From Hamiltosporidium tvaerminnensis FI-OER-3-3 (Eukaryota > Fungi > Microsporidia): DNA of 64,000 bases. The position numbers and the translations under genes were made by a program. The DNA is taken from positions 1,798,001-1,862,000 of the forward strand of contig JAKIMF020000001.1 of the NCBI GenBank assembly GCA_022605425.2, read 5' to 3'. Shown one piece after another: positions 12,649 through 26,643 of this stretch (the first letter of the stretch is position 1; each line of letters starts with the position of its first letter). Under the pieces are notes generated by a model. The model saw nothing but the letters and a program-made list of their open reading frames with translations. It did not search any database and was not told the origin of the DNA.

Positions 12649-13377
12649 CTCTATTTAAAAATATCATGCCTTTAAAAAAAAACGAAGGCAAGATTTATAT
12701 TGTTTTCATGACATTAACGCAGTTCTAAGTTTAAAATATATAACTGATCCCTCATGGATCTATCAGTACCCCCTAAGATACGTAAATTTCAAAGCATTTA
12801 ATCTAAAAGGTGCGTAGAACCCAAAAAATAAGATGGCTGTTGCCCGAAGTTCTTTAATGTTCGTTGCATGGTGTGTTATCGTACGTCAAAACCCATTCAC
12901 ACCTCTGAGACTATGCAGCATTCCAATTTACTGTACATTTCACTGATTTAATTGACTTCTAGCTAAGATATATCTTGCCGATTTGCATGATGTCCACTTA
13001 GGTAGTGCAATGTCATAGCAACAGGTATAACTGACAACTAAGCTTTTTCGGCTTTAAAGGGTTTTGTTTTTATATCTTCCAGGCGCAAATTCTTCTAACC
13101 CGAATGAGCAAGGCTAGGTTTCCAAGATTTTACATGGCAATTACCCACAAGTTCAGCCACAGCCTTGGATTTAGTTAAGTAAAAAAATGCAAATAAATTT
13201 TAAAGAAAAGTTTCGCCATTTCGTAGACCTTTCCCTCCTCATCCAAACTCTAATGGAACAACCGAAAATGTAGTGTAGTTTTATTTCCACAAAATCCAAA
13301 CAATAATCTTCACACCTATTTCACATACTCATTACCAGGCAGATGGTTTTTTATGTGGTTATTTTCTCTCAACTTTT
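12649..13377 (-). mobile_element. ~730-nt non-coding retroposon (SINE-like), old diverged copy
   Basis: Colinear end to end with 43445..44180; 11-bp TSD with one mismatch (acctaccaaat 12638..12648, acttaccaaat 13378..13388). Confidence 0.85.
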
Positions 13378-14329
13378 ACTTACCAAATATATATTATTAT
13401 ATTATTACTTAAATATTTAGAATAAAGCTTTGCTATTTTTAAACAACATAGTATTACGTTATAAAACAATTAATTATGCTAAAATCATACCTATAAATAA
13501 TCCAAATTGATTTAAAAAGCTGCATCTTAGGTTTAATATTCAAACTTTTAAAATAAGTCTTTGAAACTGATTGTAGCTTAAATTTTTCTCATGTTTACAT
13601 GCTAATCTGAAATAAAATATCGGGTCTATCGTTCTAATTTTTGGAAATTTTTTAATCCTGGTGTTACTCTTGTTTTTTCACTTTATTTAAATTTAAAATT
13701 CCTAATTTGTTTAAAAGAATAAAATATATTGTTTTAGCGAAACCAGAGGCGTTGATCGAATCCTACGTTGTAAAGCCTAATATTATTGTATCATTTAGTT
13801 CTTTTTGCGTGTAGTCTAAAATCCTACTAATTTTAGAGCTCGCTAATTTGAAATTTCCTTCATCAATCGCTAATAGATTTATATCTTGATATAATTCACA
13901 AAGGTTTGTTGGAGTGGCCATATATTTCATTTCTTAAATCACTAGAAATCACTTAAAAAAGGTTCATAATTTGAATCTTTTGAGCTTGGCTGTGATTAAT
14001 AGTTTTTTTATTTCGTCATATACGTTTTGTAATTTATATTTTTTACTTTTCGTTTAAACTTATGTTTTTATCTGAAATGTATTTGGATTTGCTTCTCATC
14101 TATCAAAAAAAAATATTATGATTATTTTACATTCCGAATTCCTCCTATTCGCTTTATATTTTTTTATTGATCCTGATACTAATAATTTTTAAGGCGATGT
14201 TCGTTTGTAAGACAGCATAGCCAGTTTCTTGCAATTCATATCAGGCAGAAGGATGAAACCACCATTCCGGTGAATGTGTATCATATTTCATTTCGATACA
14301 GAACAAACCAAGTTAAATACTAGTTTGAA

Positions 14330-15100
14330 TGATTTTCTTTTAATATATAGATAAATCGAAGAACTTAAGATTCTAAAAAGGATAAAATATTTTTTGCATT
14401 TAATTTACACTTATTTTATATCTAAACTTTTAATTAATCTTCGCTTTAACTTATTCCAATAAGCAAAAGTCTAATATCGGGCACACGTTGTCAATTATTT
14501 ATCAATATTTTTAAATATATACATTTTCTAGAAGATATTGGTTTTACACAAAATGTATTATTTGTTATTAGTATTTAAATTTTCGTTTTGAAAAAAATCA
14601 TCAAATATGCAGTTATTGAAAATCTATTTCTAAATGAATTCAAGTTCATCAAATTAAAGGTGGCTTTGTAATGAGATATTCATATAGGCATGGAATATCA
14701 TTTTCATATATTCTGTCTAGTTTTTACCTCGAGAGCTACATAAGAAACACTTACAAAAAAAGCTAACAGCCTTAAAAATTCACTATCCATTCTTTTTTAA
14801 ATAACGTTCTAAATTTCAATGGAAATATTAATTCCTAATCTAATATGATTTATCTAATAAATTAAGGATTAAATCGATAAATTATCCTTTAAGCAATTAA
14901 TTCAAGCAGCTTAATATATCGCATTTTCTATTTCTTAAAGCAATTCATTTTCATTCGGCCTCTTAGTATATTTTGAATTCCCTTAAGCATTTAGTAAAAT
15001 TTGATTATCAGTTCTTTTTAATTTCTTAAAAAAATAAAATATGCTTCGAATTCAAAAAGATAAAATGAAAATTTTCCTTTTTTATACCACAAATTTTTTT
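14330..15100 (+). pseudogene. Highly degraded LRR-like gene remnant spanning the spacer/arm junction
   Basis: Short translated pieces such as FKQLNISHF and NSLKHLVKFD resemble LxxLxL repeats; many stops. Confidence 0.3.
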
Positions 15101-15448
15101 ATTTCAAGTCTGTTATACTCTAGATTTTTTACCATTTAAGTAAACATTTTTAGCGCTGAAATTAGTTGTTCAAACTAAAATATTTATCGAAAAATATAAG
15201 CTACCATAATTCTAGTTTAAACTGTTAGTTAAGAAAAGCTATTTCTTGATTTAATTATTTTAATTAGAATTACTCAAAGTAATATTAAACTCTTAAATAA
15301 TCAATTCAGATATTATTTAAATAAACTAATCAAAATATTCTTTGTTTAATTTTTCTAAAATCTGATTTTTGTATTTGTTTATTTGATAAGAAAACATGAA
15401 ACTTGTTTACAATTTTTATTATAAAAGAATGAATTCCATTGTTTGTTT

Positions 15449-15805
15449 ATGAAAACATTATCTGTCATCCTCTTCTTCATACTCGCTCAAGCCATCTTAG
15501 AAATATATTATGACTCACATCTTCACTTTATAACAATGAGATCATCTTGTAATCAAGTGATATATTACTTCCATAGTTCCTTCCATATTACCTTATATAT
15601 TGTAGAAGTATTTTTGGTTAAAAATGCTTTGGTTTCAATATTACAATACTTCTTTATAGATACAAAGAAAATACCAATGAATGCATTTGAGCAGTATTGG
15701 GTTTTAATCATAGAAGTATATATTGAAATGTTTAAATATCCAGAAAAATTTACTTGCTTAAAAATCATATTAGAACATAATGAAGAATCCGAGCTTAATA
15801 TATAA
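15449..15805 (+). CDS. 118-aa putative secreted/membrane protein, multicopy family
   Basis: MKTLSVILFFILAQA-ILE: K n-region, hydrophobic core, A-x-A cleavage motif. Confidence 0.55.
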   Translation: MKTLSVILFFILAQAILEIYYDSHLHFITMRSSCNQVIYYFHSSFHITLYIVEVFLVKNALVSILQYFFIDTKKIPMNAFEQYWVLIIEVYIEMFKYPEKFTCLKIILEHNEESELNI

Positions 15806-16679
15806 GTTTTGGGGCTGGACAACCCCGCAAAAACTGTCCCTGTTAGCAAATTATGTTCTATTAAGAGACGATTGGATTGTTGGATTGATGAGAAATAAAT
15901 AGAATAAATAAAAAGTTCAAAAAAATCGTTTATATTTTATATTTTTTTTCTAAAATACTTTACAAATTTACGCCTTATAAGTTTTGATAATAAAAGCTTT
16001 TTATTTTGGTATTGTTTTTGAGTTTTTCTATGTGATTTGTAAAATAAGATTACGATGTGCATATGTTTCTATTTAAAACTTAAATTCAAATAATAGAATC
16101 TAGATTGTATGATATATAAACGTTTTCTAATTTTTTTAGTAAAAACATAATTTATCAATATTTGGTTCCTTGAAACGAAATTACGAAGCCCTGGGTAAAA
16201 TGACCATATCCAATTAAAAAATTGGATTTAATTTCTCTTAATATTTTAACAATTTTATTGGTATTTAGACAATGAATAAAAATTCGGATAGTTAATTGGA
16301 TCAAAAAAATCACTTTGTATGAAACAAATACAAGTAACGAAAAAGCAAATGAAATTGTATAAAACAAAATCAAATTCTGAAGTTAAGAATATTTTTAAAT
16401 TATTTAGCCAAAAATATAAGCACGAGACCACGCTAGAATTTATTGTTTAGAAATTGAAGGATGATCGAAGAATATAAGAGAATTTAAATGTTATATTCGT
16501 AAGAAATCAATTGAGATCCTTATAATCTCTTGCGAAAATAACTATTTTGTGACTAACTCAGATAAGAGAAAAAAAATCGGTGTTCTTGTAATTTTATATG
16601 ATAACAACGAAATGATATTGCTTATTTACATCACATTTTTGCATGTTCTTTTATACCTCTTTTATATCAAGGTATATTA

Positions 16680-18218
16680 TAAGGCTTTTCAATGAATATA
16701 ATAATCCTTGCAATCAATATCATAATTTTTCGATCAATATCATAATCATTGCAATCAATATAATAAATTTTCGATCAATATCATAATTGTTGCAATCAAT
16801 ATCATAATCCTTGCAATCCATAGAATAATTATTTTTAAAAAATAAAAATGTAAAAAATAATTTAGTCATTATAAAATTAACTCCCATGTCAAATTCTTTT
16901 TCAGGTAAAAATACCAACGAGAACAAATATGATTTTCATGTCGGTGAAACACCGGAATGTATAGAGTGCGAAAATGACAATGTTTCGAAGTGTCTTGTAG
17001 AAACATCGGGATCACATGATGAAAATCCCTCAACAACCACCATTCCAGCTCTGAGGAAACAAAAAGTTTCTAATAATGATCGGGAATGCATAATTAAAAA
17101 GACATTGGAAGGCCATTCTATGTCTGCAATTGCCTCGATGTATCAAATAAATTACCAGACGGTTAATAGTATCGTTAAACGATATTTAAAAACCGGCCTG
17201 GTATTTGTCGAGAAAAGAGATGGTGGTGATAGGCGTTCAAAGTTAACTTTGGAAATAAAAGAGAGCTTACAAACCTATGTTGATTAGGAGTGTACAAAAA
17301 CCCTGTATGAGGAGGCAGAATGGATCAAATGTACATTCAATGTTGATGTTTAAACTAGTACATTGATCGCGCACCAAGAGAGTATCATTACACTCTAAAG
17401 CGTATAACATTAGTGCCTGAGCGTAGAAAGTATCCACTGAAAACGAGCTCAGAACAAATTACGCAACTAGTTTTCGAGAATTGGAGGTTAATAACGATGA
17501 CAAAAACTTTGTCTTTTTAGACGAAGTTGGGGTTGTGGTAGTAATACCCCCAGTAGAGGCCCTAATATGAGAGATGAATCTACACAATTTTTTGTGGCTG
17601 CAGCCTGAAGTAAAAATATTTCAGAGTCGCAGCAATGAACAAATATGCTATGATATACCATAATATTCATGAAAGGGCTGTAAATGGTGAGGACTTCAAA
17701 TTATCTATTAATGAGATTAATGAAATTTGTCAAGAGCAAAGAATTTCGACTCCTATATTTGTAATAGACAATGCGAGAATTCATCACTATCGTGGATTGG
17801 ATGATGATGAGGAAATTGCTGCGGATCGAATAAAATTTCTTCCACCTTACTCTCCATTTCTTAATCCAATTGAGAATTTAATCTCAATCTGAAAAAATAA
17901 AGTAATTCGAGGTGGCGCTCGTACTGGGCCTCAGTTGTGAATATTAATTTGTGAAAAATTTAATGAGATCACGGGAGAACATTGTAGTTCTTTTTACCAC
18001 AAAATTTTAGAGTATTTGCAAAAGGCTGAAATAGGGCAAGTGATTCTTAAATAATAAATCTCAAGTACTATTTGTATTTTATTTTTTCAATTTTTATTTT
18101 TTGAAAATAATTATTATATTGATTGCAAGGATTATGATATTGACTTCAACAACTATGATATTGATCGAAAAATTATTATATGGATTGCAAGGATATTTAT
18201 ATTGATCAAAAAACCCTA
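16680..18218 (+). mobile_element. Tc1/IS630-family DD34E transposon, copy 2 (uninterrupted, ~1.54 kb)
   Basis: TIRs tata-aggcttttcaatgaatata / tatattgatcaaaaaaccc-tata with internal repeat arrays and an inverted AT tract; TA flanks. Confidence 0.92.
16886..18054 (+). pseudogene. Tc1-like DD34E transposase pseudogene
   Basis: ORF pieces 16886..17287 and 17635..17892; D-34-E catalytic region; ctcccATG start context. Confidence 0.9.
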
Positions 18219-20497
18219 TAACTAAAAGATTTTATTATGAGATTTTTATTAAACGATGTTAAAACAGTGTGGTGAATTTAAGGAGTTAAAATTCAGAGAG
18301 TACTACAGTTAAAGTATGGTATTAAATGAATATTTAGGTTAGCAGGTTGTTAAAGATAGTATAGTAAGTTAAAAATTGTTATTAGAGCGTGTCATATCTT
18401 AAATGTGTTTTATTAAATATAACAGGTTTAAAGGTGTCCTATTTGTTTTTTATATTCATTCTTGCTCTTTTTATCGAATTTTTTATAAAATCGGGCAACA
18501 TTTTTAGATGATGGTCATCGAAACATTCATTTTTAACGTTACAATTGTATTTGCAAACCAATGAGAGAACAATGTGGAATATCACTTATATTCCGGAATG
18601 GGCAAAGTCACTAAATACGAATTGATTAATAAAACTAATGTATGAGGATGTCGTAAAATCTTTCGAGGAACCCAGATAAAAGGTATCTTTGATACCGGCA
18701 GGTTCTATCATTTGAATAAAAGGGTTTGTTAACCCGTGTAACTAAAGATTTTTTTGATCAACAAAAGATTTATTTAAATTATTATTCCACTTCAGGTTTA
18801 CCTTTCTTCCACCATTGAGGTTTTAATAAAATATAATTTTATATTTATAATGAATTCAATAACCTATAATTAATAGTAGAATACTACAAAGAGACACATA
18901 AAAAAGGACTGGAAGCCCTTCATCGTACACTAAAAAATTTGAGAGCGAATTTACAGGCTTTCTTGAGAGTGCTAATTTTACCGTCTAGTGATTTTTATCA
19001 AACTCTATCAGTTAGTCTTTGTTTCACACTGAACGATGAACCAAACGCATGTCTAAAATCATCAATATTAAAGAGAAATGCAAAGAAATTAATTAAAAAA
19101 ACTAACCTACGTGTTAGAAAACAAAATGATACATTCACTGCACTTTTTGAAAAAAAATAATAGATATAGAGAATTCAAAGTAATACGTTTACGTATTTAC
19201 ACAATAAATTGCATTTCCAGAAAACTATTATAAGATGACATCAGCTAAAGATCAATGAATCAAAACATTCTTCGAGATATCACGATAAAGTTTAAAATCA
19301 TCCGTGGATCAGTACACGTGCTATATTAACCACTAACAACAAACATTTAAATGAATTAAATTTAAAAATGCAAATTAGAAGACCGGGCGAAATTACAACA
19401 TATAAGTTTATCGATAAAATTATAAATAAAGAAGACTTTGTTTAGATTCTACATAACTCTTGATTCACTGATTTTTTGGGTATTATTCACATGTTTTACA
19501 ATACAAAAGCGAAGCGCCTATCATTCTTCTCCGATAATTTAATTTATTTGTTCTTTATACCGATAAAAGACTTTCGGTAAAAAAAACTTATCAAGAATAG
19601 CATGAAAGTTACAGTATGATCTAAGAAATAAAAAGATAAGATGTAAAGTAGCCGAATTTACATTTTTCAACATATATTTCATTAGAATTAAACCTTTTAA
19701 AACCTTATCTGCGACTCATCTTAATAAAGATAGTAGGCAAATAATGATGTCGAACGCTGCAATTGCGTAGAATAGATCCATATAACCCGGAATTCGCATA
19801 TGAAAAACTTTGTAGGTCATTTCAAGAGTGGGTATATCTTCCGATCTATCCGCATACACGCCAGAAGAAAGAACGAAAAATAGTGTTTAACTGAAAGAGC
19901 GTCCAAATAAATTAATAAAAAGTATTAAAAAAATAAATTTTAATCTATTATGCTAATTTTATCATATTTAAAATTAGTTTCTTACAAGATCACAGAAACA
20001 AACGGTCAGCAAACCAGTTCATTATTCTTTACAAATACAATTGCACATACACGCCTCTAAGAAAAGAGGTTAAAAAATTAAAAGAAAAAATCATTAGATT
20101 TAAACATGTAAAGAAGCTGATCGAAATTGAAACAATGACATTAAAATTTACCGAATGAGTTATATATAAAGAAAGAATGAAATAAAATTAGAATAGCCAA
20201 AACAAGCAATTTAAACCAATTTCTTTAGATACCTTTATGTAATAAAAAAATATTAGATGGAATTTTTTACTACTTGTTTTAATTTTGAATAGATATCCTT
20301 AAAAAATATAATTAAATTTGTTCCAATCCAAAAGACGAACTAAATATTTTTGATAAGTTTTCAAACTTGTTTTATTAATATATTTTATTTTAATTATACA
20401 TCTATTTTTAATATTTTTTTCATTTAAAGTGATATTTTATGTTCAACCTACTGTATCAGACCATATTTTTAACTTTTTTTGTACACCAATTTATTAT

Positions 20498-21134
20498 TAA
20501 TTCAGATATTATTTCAAATAAACCAATCAAAATATTCTTTGTTAAATTTTTCTAAAATCTGATTTTTGATTTGTTTATTTGATAAGGAAACATGAAACTT
20601 GTTTACAATTTTTATTATAAAAGAATGAATTCAATTGTTTGTTTATGAAAACATTATCTGTCATCCTCTTCTTCATACTCGTTCAAGCCATCTTAGAAAT
20701 ATATTATGACTCACATCTTTACTTTATAACAATGAGATCATCTTGTAATCAGGTGATATATTACTTCCATAGTTCCTTCCATATTACATTATATATTGTA
20801 GAAGTATTTTTGATTATAAATGCTTTGGTTTCAATATTACAATACTTCTTTATAGATACAAAGAAAATACCAATCCATGCATTTGAGTGGTATTGGGTTT
20901 TAATCATCGAAGTATATATTGAAATGTTTAAATATCCAGAAAAATATCTTTATTATAAAACTATTTTAGAACATAATGAAGAATCTGAGCTTAATATATA
21001 AGTGTTGGGGCTGGACAACCCCGCAAAAAATGTCCCTGTTAGCAAATAAAGTTCTATGAAAGAGACGATTGGATTGTTGGATTTATGAGAAATACATAGA
21101 ATAAATAAAAAGTTCAAAAAAATCGTTTATATTT
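20498..21134 (+). repeat. ~640-bp dispersed module carrying the 118-aa ORF (7 copies in the window)
   Basis: Homology begins at aattcagatattattt and ends at aaaatcgtttatattt, with different flanks among copies. Confidence 0.85.
20645..21001 (+). CDS. 118-aa putative secreted/membrane protein, multicopy family
   Basis: Intact ORF, variant LVQA/IHA/KYLYYKTI. Confidence 0.55.
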   Translation: MKTLSVILFFILVQAILEIYYDSHLYFITMRSSCNQVIYYFHSSFHITLYIVEVFLIINALVSILQYFFIDTKKIPIHAFEWYWVLIIEVYIEMFKYPEKYLYYKTILEHNEESELNI

Positions 21135-22881
21135 AAATTTTTTCTTATTTTCTTTCAAATTTATCTTTTTCATTTGTTAAAACATATAGTGCCATATAGT
21201 CTCATCTATTCTCAACACCGAGGGGCACACTAAGACCAATGTATTCAATAAACTATGATTAAATATTTCAATACAAATATTTTTGTTGATTTATTACGCA
21301 AAAATAATTATTATAAATATAGTTATGAGATTAAACGACAAAAAGGAGTATTTAATAGGGTTTGTATGCATATTTCTTTTATTGACAATAAGATTGAAAA
21401 AATATCAATTTCAAATAAAAGAGATGAATCATAAAAAAAAACTATATTAAACATAATTCTAAGAGATATAATATTATTTAATATATTATTTTTACTTTTG
21501 TATGTTTTATTTATCTTTCTTTGTTTTATCCTGCTATATTTTCCTTTTTTTACTATATTTGAATTAAAACATCAATTTCAATCTTTTAATCTGCGAATAT
21601 TATCATTAAAATAATTTTTGGTCTGCTGTTTCCACTTTATTACGATGACTTTTCATATAATTAAACCATGAGCTGTTCTGAAGAAATACACGATTGTATA
21701 ATAAACAAGGTATTTGTTGCATATGAATTTTTAGTATTTGTGATATTACTGGTTTATACATCTTATGGACCTTATTTCCCTCGATTTCTATAATTGAATC
21801 GGTAAAAAGCAGCATGTTATCACATCGATACTCAACAGTCTATAACATTCATATCCATGATTTTTCAATTCTAACAAATGTATTTATTATTTTATTTTCT
21901 TGATTAAATGAATAAATAGAATTCCATTTAAAAATCGTGATCATCTAAAAAATATGCCAAAATCTCATTCACATTATTTATCTAAAATTACTGCTTTATC
22001 TTAATCAATACTATTCTCATGAATCGTAAATTTCTTTACTACCAAAGTATAATTTAAATGCCTTAAATTCTTTTTTTTCCCGTAGATTAATTAGCTCATA
22101 AAACCAATACGTCAGAAAATCTGTGAATTTAAGAACATCTTTACTTGGTTTTAGAAAAGTGTTGGATTAAAAAAATGCACCTTTGTAAATTAATATTATA
22201 GACATATGCCTTTCCTATTATTACATTTTGTTTTTTCACAATTATAATTTCTAGGTTATTTTAATATAAGTTATTACGAGTTTTATTTTAAAATATAAGA
22301 ATATATTCAAAGATCTCGAAGAAAGAACAAAGAAGAAACAAATATGATCTAATAATAAAGATAAATATACATTCAAATGGATGTTGATTAGCATTTAAAC
22401 TACAGGGTGCATTTCCAGATCTCACGCTTTAATCAGAACCGATATTTTTTCGGATTAAACATAATATATATTATATTCTTTAAAGAGTAAGAACATTGCA
22501 AGGTTTGGTTTTCTACTGTACAATATATTGTTCTCGTCAACTTATACATAAAAAGCGAATATTTATCTCTTATATACTTAAAAAAATAGGTTCTGCATTT
22601 TAATAAAATAGAATTTCCATCGTAAGTTATCTAAAAGAGATTCTTTATTACAATTTTAACAGAATTCCAAAAAAAATTACTTAATTTATTTACTGATAAA
22701 ATAGCAAACCGTGAGAATATATTTTAGGAATAAGTATCGAAAATTATTTAATCAATTTATCTACATTTTAATTGAAAAGCGTTGAAATATTGTTTTCGAA
22801 ACATATTTATCTATGATAAAACAGTTTAAAATCGTATGGTTCATACAACCAAATCTTGATTGTCCTTAATTTCGATTTTTC

Positions 22882-25241
22882 ATGAAAAATAGCGTCAGTC
22901 CTGAAAAATGTACAAGAAATCTGAAAAAAATAAATATTTGGTGTTTGTTGTTATATAAGTCAATATTATCATATGGTGTCTCAGCAAACAAGTTTGTTTA
23001 TTTGTTTGAAAAATTCGAAAATACCAAAATTAAAATTTACAGTGAATTGCTAAAAGGTATTCCGAGTATAGAAAAAAAGAAGAATTCGATTTTTTTAATG
23101 TTTATTATAACATAGATTTAAGGTCATTTGACAGCAAAGATCATGTTTATACATATGAAAATAGGGGTTTCATTGGTTTTGAGGTATTAAATGACTTTCT
23201 GAATGCAAACATATCAGAATATATAAATGGAAAAATTGAATGCAGTTTTGAGTTGGTGTATTTTTTAAAACTTACCTCTGATATTTCATATTTACCATAT
23301 AATGTAAACAAAAACCAATTTAAATGTCTATTTTTAGGCTTGAAATATCTTAGAGCAATTGATAATAAAAATATTGTTAAACTTATAGGATGCTCCTTTC
23401 TAAAAATATGTAGTAACCAAAACACCACAGATCTAAAGAAAGAAGAGGTGAAATATGAAGGTTTATTGTCTTTTATTAATTTAACAGGATTTGATTTTTA
23501 TCTCAGGAAAAATCAAATTTCGGGTTTTTTAAATATTTTAATGATAAAACATAGTTTTTACGAAGATAATTTGATTTTATTGGGAAATAACAACTTAAAT
23601 TTTGATGCAATTCTCTTTAATGAGCATATTCCTTACAAAAATCTATTAATAAATGATTATGAAGTATTTTGTACTCTTGAAAATTTCTTAAGCAATAATA
23701 ACTATTTGAACACATTCAAATTTTTATTGGTGGAAATCGGTATAAAGTCATTAATAATTAATAATTGTCTAAATTCCGAAACTATATCTAAAAAATTTTA
23801 TTTTTTCAGTCAGATGGCGCATATATTTAAATCAATAATAATTTCAAACTTTCAGGAATCTTCAGAAATTATATTATATGAATTAAGTAAAGGTAATGAT
23901 ATTAATATAGAATATTTTACATTAATAAATTCAATCATAGAAAGTAATTATCTTTTTTCTTTTCTAAAAAAGCAAAGTCTGAAAGGATTAATATTTAATA
24001 ATGTGATCATGAATGTATATCTAAGTTGTTTCGAAAATTATATGAATTCCAATGATACTTTAAAATATATCGATTTTGAAAACATGGAGATGGGTGTTTC
24101 TTGGTGGATTAATTTTAGTGCGATATCAAATATACTGTGTGTTATACTTGACTTTGATTCATTTTATTTAGCAAATAATTTTATTAAAGAATGCAGTAAT
24201 ATTGGCTTAAAACTTGATCTTTGCTATTTAGAACTATGGTTTGCTGGTTTAAAAATACCACTTGAGTTCTGTAATTTTTTAAGCCACTGTAAATCTCTGA
24301 AAACATTAAAATTTTTTAATTGTTTTCTTGATAAAAAAATCGAACCTAATTTATACCATGTACTTGAAAGTATGACAGGAATAGACACCTTATTCTTGCA
24401 AAATATACATTTTAGCGACAATTTTTATGAGTTTTTGTTTCAAAAAAAAGGAATAAAAATGTTACAGTTAAAAAATTCATGTTTCCCTAGAGAAATCTTG
24501 AGATTTGAAATATTAAACTTTTATAAATCAATAACCCATTTGATTTTGATAAATATCAAAATTTCTGAACATATATTGATTGAAATATTTAAATTAAAAG
24601 ACCTGAAAGTTTTATCTTTGAAATTCTGTGGAATAATTTCCATCAAGAATTCAAGATCAAGGAATTTTATTTCAAAAAATATTCAAAGATTAAATTTATC
24701 GGGTTCTGATATAAATATTTTCGAATCGAATCATATTTTAACAAAACTCGATAATTTAGAAGGCCTGCATTTATCTGATTTTCAATTTCATTCATGTTGT
24801 CTAACAAAATTAAGCCCCATGTGCAATATGAGATTAAAAACGCTTTCTTATAAAGGTAATAGCTTATATGTAAATGATTTGAACAGAATTAAACATCTTG
24901 CGATTATAGAGAAATTAAATTTTTATAAATGCAAATCCATCGACACTAGTTTTTATAAATTGGGTAGTGAATGCAGGTTTTTTAATTCCCTAAAAAAATT
25001 GAATTTGGGGTGTGTAGTTCTAGGTGCAGAAGATTTTCATTATTTAAGAAATTTTAAAAAACTAAAAAATCTTCAAATATCGTTTCATGCTATTCATTTG
25101 GTTGAAATAAAATTTAACTTAATATCTTTAGCGAAAAGTCGGTTTCCCGCTAAATTATTTTTTAAAGAGATTGATTCTGAAGAGCTATCGGAATATTTTA
25201 AGGAGGAGGGTGTTGAAGAGGTATGCAAATGGTCAATCTAA
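22882..25241 (+). CDS. Leucine-rich-repeat protein with an N-terminal signal-like segment; two exons (22882..23056, 23116..25241), ~766 aa
   Basis: LxxLxL repeats (LKVLSLKFC, IQRLNLSGS, LEGLHLSDF, LKKLNLGCV); a GT..AG intron joins the 77-aa and 662-aa ORFs in frame. Confidence 0.8.
23057..23115 (+). other. Predicted 59-nt spliceosomal intron (alternative in-frame donor at 23066)
   Basis: GTATT donor, branch-like TATAAC right before the ATAG acceptor; phase-1 join gives K-D-L-R-S-F. Confidence 0.7.
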
Positions 25242-26643
25242 AATCTCTATTTTTACAATAATTTCATGCGCTGATTTTTTCTTTTGATTTACAGATCACA
25301 GATATAAGTAACTTTGTGATTTCTTTTTCGAAAATATCAATAAATTTCATAATATTAGTTTCATCTTTAGAAATTTTGCTTCTGGATATTTATAAATATT
25401 TTTATCTTAAATTTCTTCTTATCCTTCTAGATTTATTTTTTAATTTGTTTCTTCTTTTAGCTGATAAATGTTACATTTTTGGACTATATGATATTTAGAA
25501 TAAAATTCATGTTTAATTAGATTAGTATAAGATGCTTTTTTGAGTATATCTTTTTTTATTGTATTAGGATTCAAATCTCACCCTTATCAACATTCAATCG
25601 GTGTATAAACATTTTTGATACAAAAATGTTCAAAACGTCTTTTTGGCATTTATTAGAGACGAGAATATATTATTTTCTAGTTATTACAAGAGAAAATTCC
25701 TAAAATAAAATAATATATATGACCCAAATCATTTGCTTATCAGAATTGGCCTCAATTATTTACTTGAGAAAGTATAACAAAAATCTAAAAGAATTTATAT
25801 TAATTTAAAATTTTATTGCTTATTTCTATTCTTAAAAAAATGAAAATAAAATGCATTTAATTGACACTAATCAGTAAAATTCTTTTGATTTGACTTAATA
25901 TCTGGAAATCCATTCTAAATATTTCATATCTTAAGAAAATTTTATTTCTCTGCTATAGACTTCTTAGTTATAGTGTTTGAGATATTTTCGTGCCCATTAA
26001 TATTGTTTCTGATTATAAAGCAGTAGATTTTTATAGCACACAAAAATATACAATCTTTTTGTACACTACATAATCAGTTTAAAATTTTTATTCAATAATC
26101 AAAAGGTTTTTAGACAAAATTGAATAAATAGATATTTTGGTTAAAATATGCAGATAAGGTAGTGTATTGAACACATTTAAATGTCCATTAATATCAAATG
26201 GAATCTAAAAATTTAAATTATAAAAGGTAGGTTTTTGAACAAAGAGTTCAGTTTATCTATAAAATTGCGCCTGATATATGTTAAATCCATATCAGCTATT
26301 TTTCGAAAATTTAAATATCCGAAGTTATAATTGGTTGAAAAATACATTTAGAATGAAAGTCATTTTCTCATATTCATGTTTTTGATTTTAAATTAGTCCA
26401 AACCGGTGGTTCTTTGAAATTTGACATAAAAATAGATTTTTATATATAATTCTAAAAAAACAAAATTCAATGAGAAATATAACCCAAAGAGTGAATGCTT
26501 TTAATATGTCTTCTTATCTTTAATGCTTTGTATCGGTTTTTAATTGGAAAACCTCGATAGCTTTCCATGAAGACGGGAGAAAAAAAAATTAGGGAATTTT
26601 TTTATTTATGCCTTTAAAAAACAAATTAAATTAACTCAATAAA

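Larger units (their letters stand above)
9895..14789 (+). repeat. 4.9-kb palindrome spacer, copy 1 (inverted copy at 36466..41360)
   Basis: Reverse complement is colinear with and close to identical to 36466..41360. Confidence 0.95.

Noticed and set aside
8745-15940. Arm-spacer-arm unit as a long-TIR DNA transposon (Mutator, Polinton or Foldback)
   Set aside because: No TSD at the outer ends, no transposase, and palindrome 1 extends far beyond these arms; segmental rearrangement fits better
16720-16926. 68-aa ORF with DCKDYDIDCNNYDID repeats
   Set aside because: Translation of the Tc1 terminal minisatellite
21606-21815. 69-aa ORF conserved at 48977..49186
   Set aside because: Conservation is explained by the recent duplication; no recognisable domain
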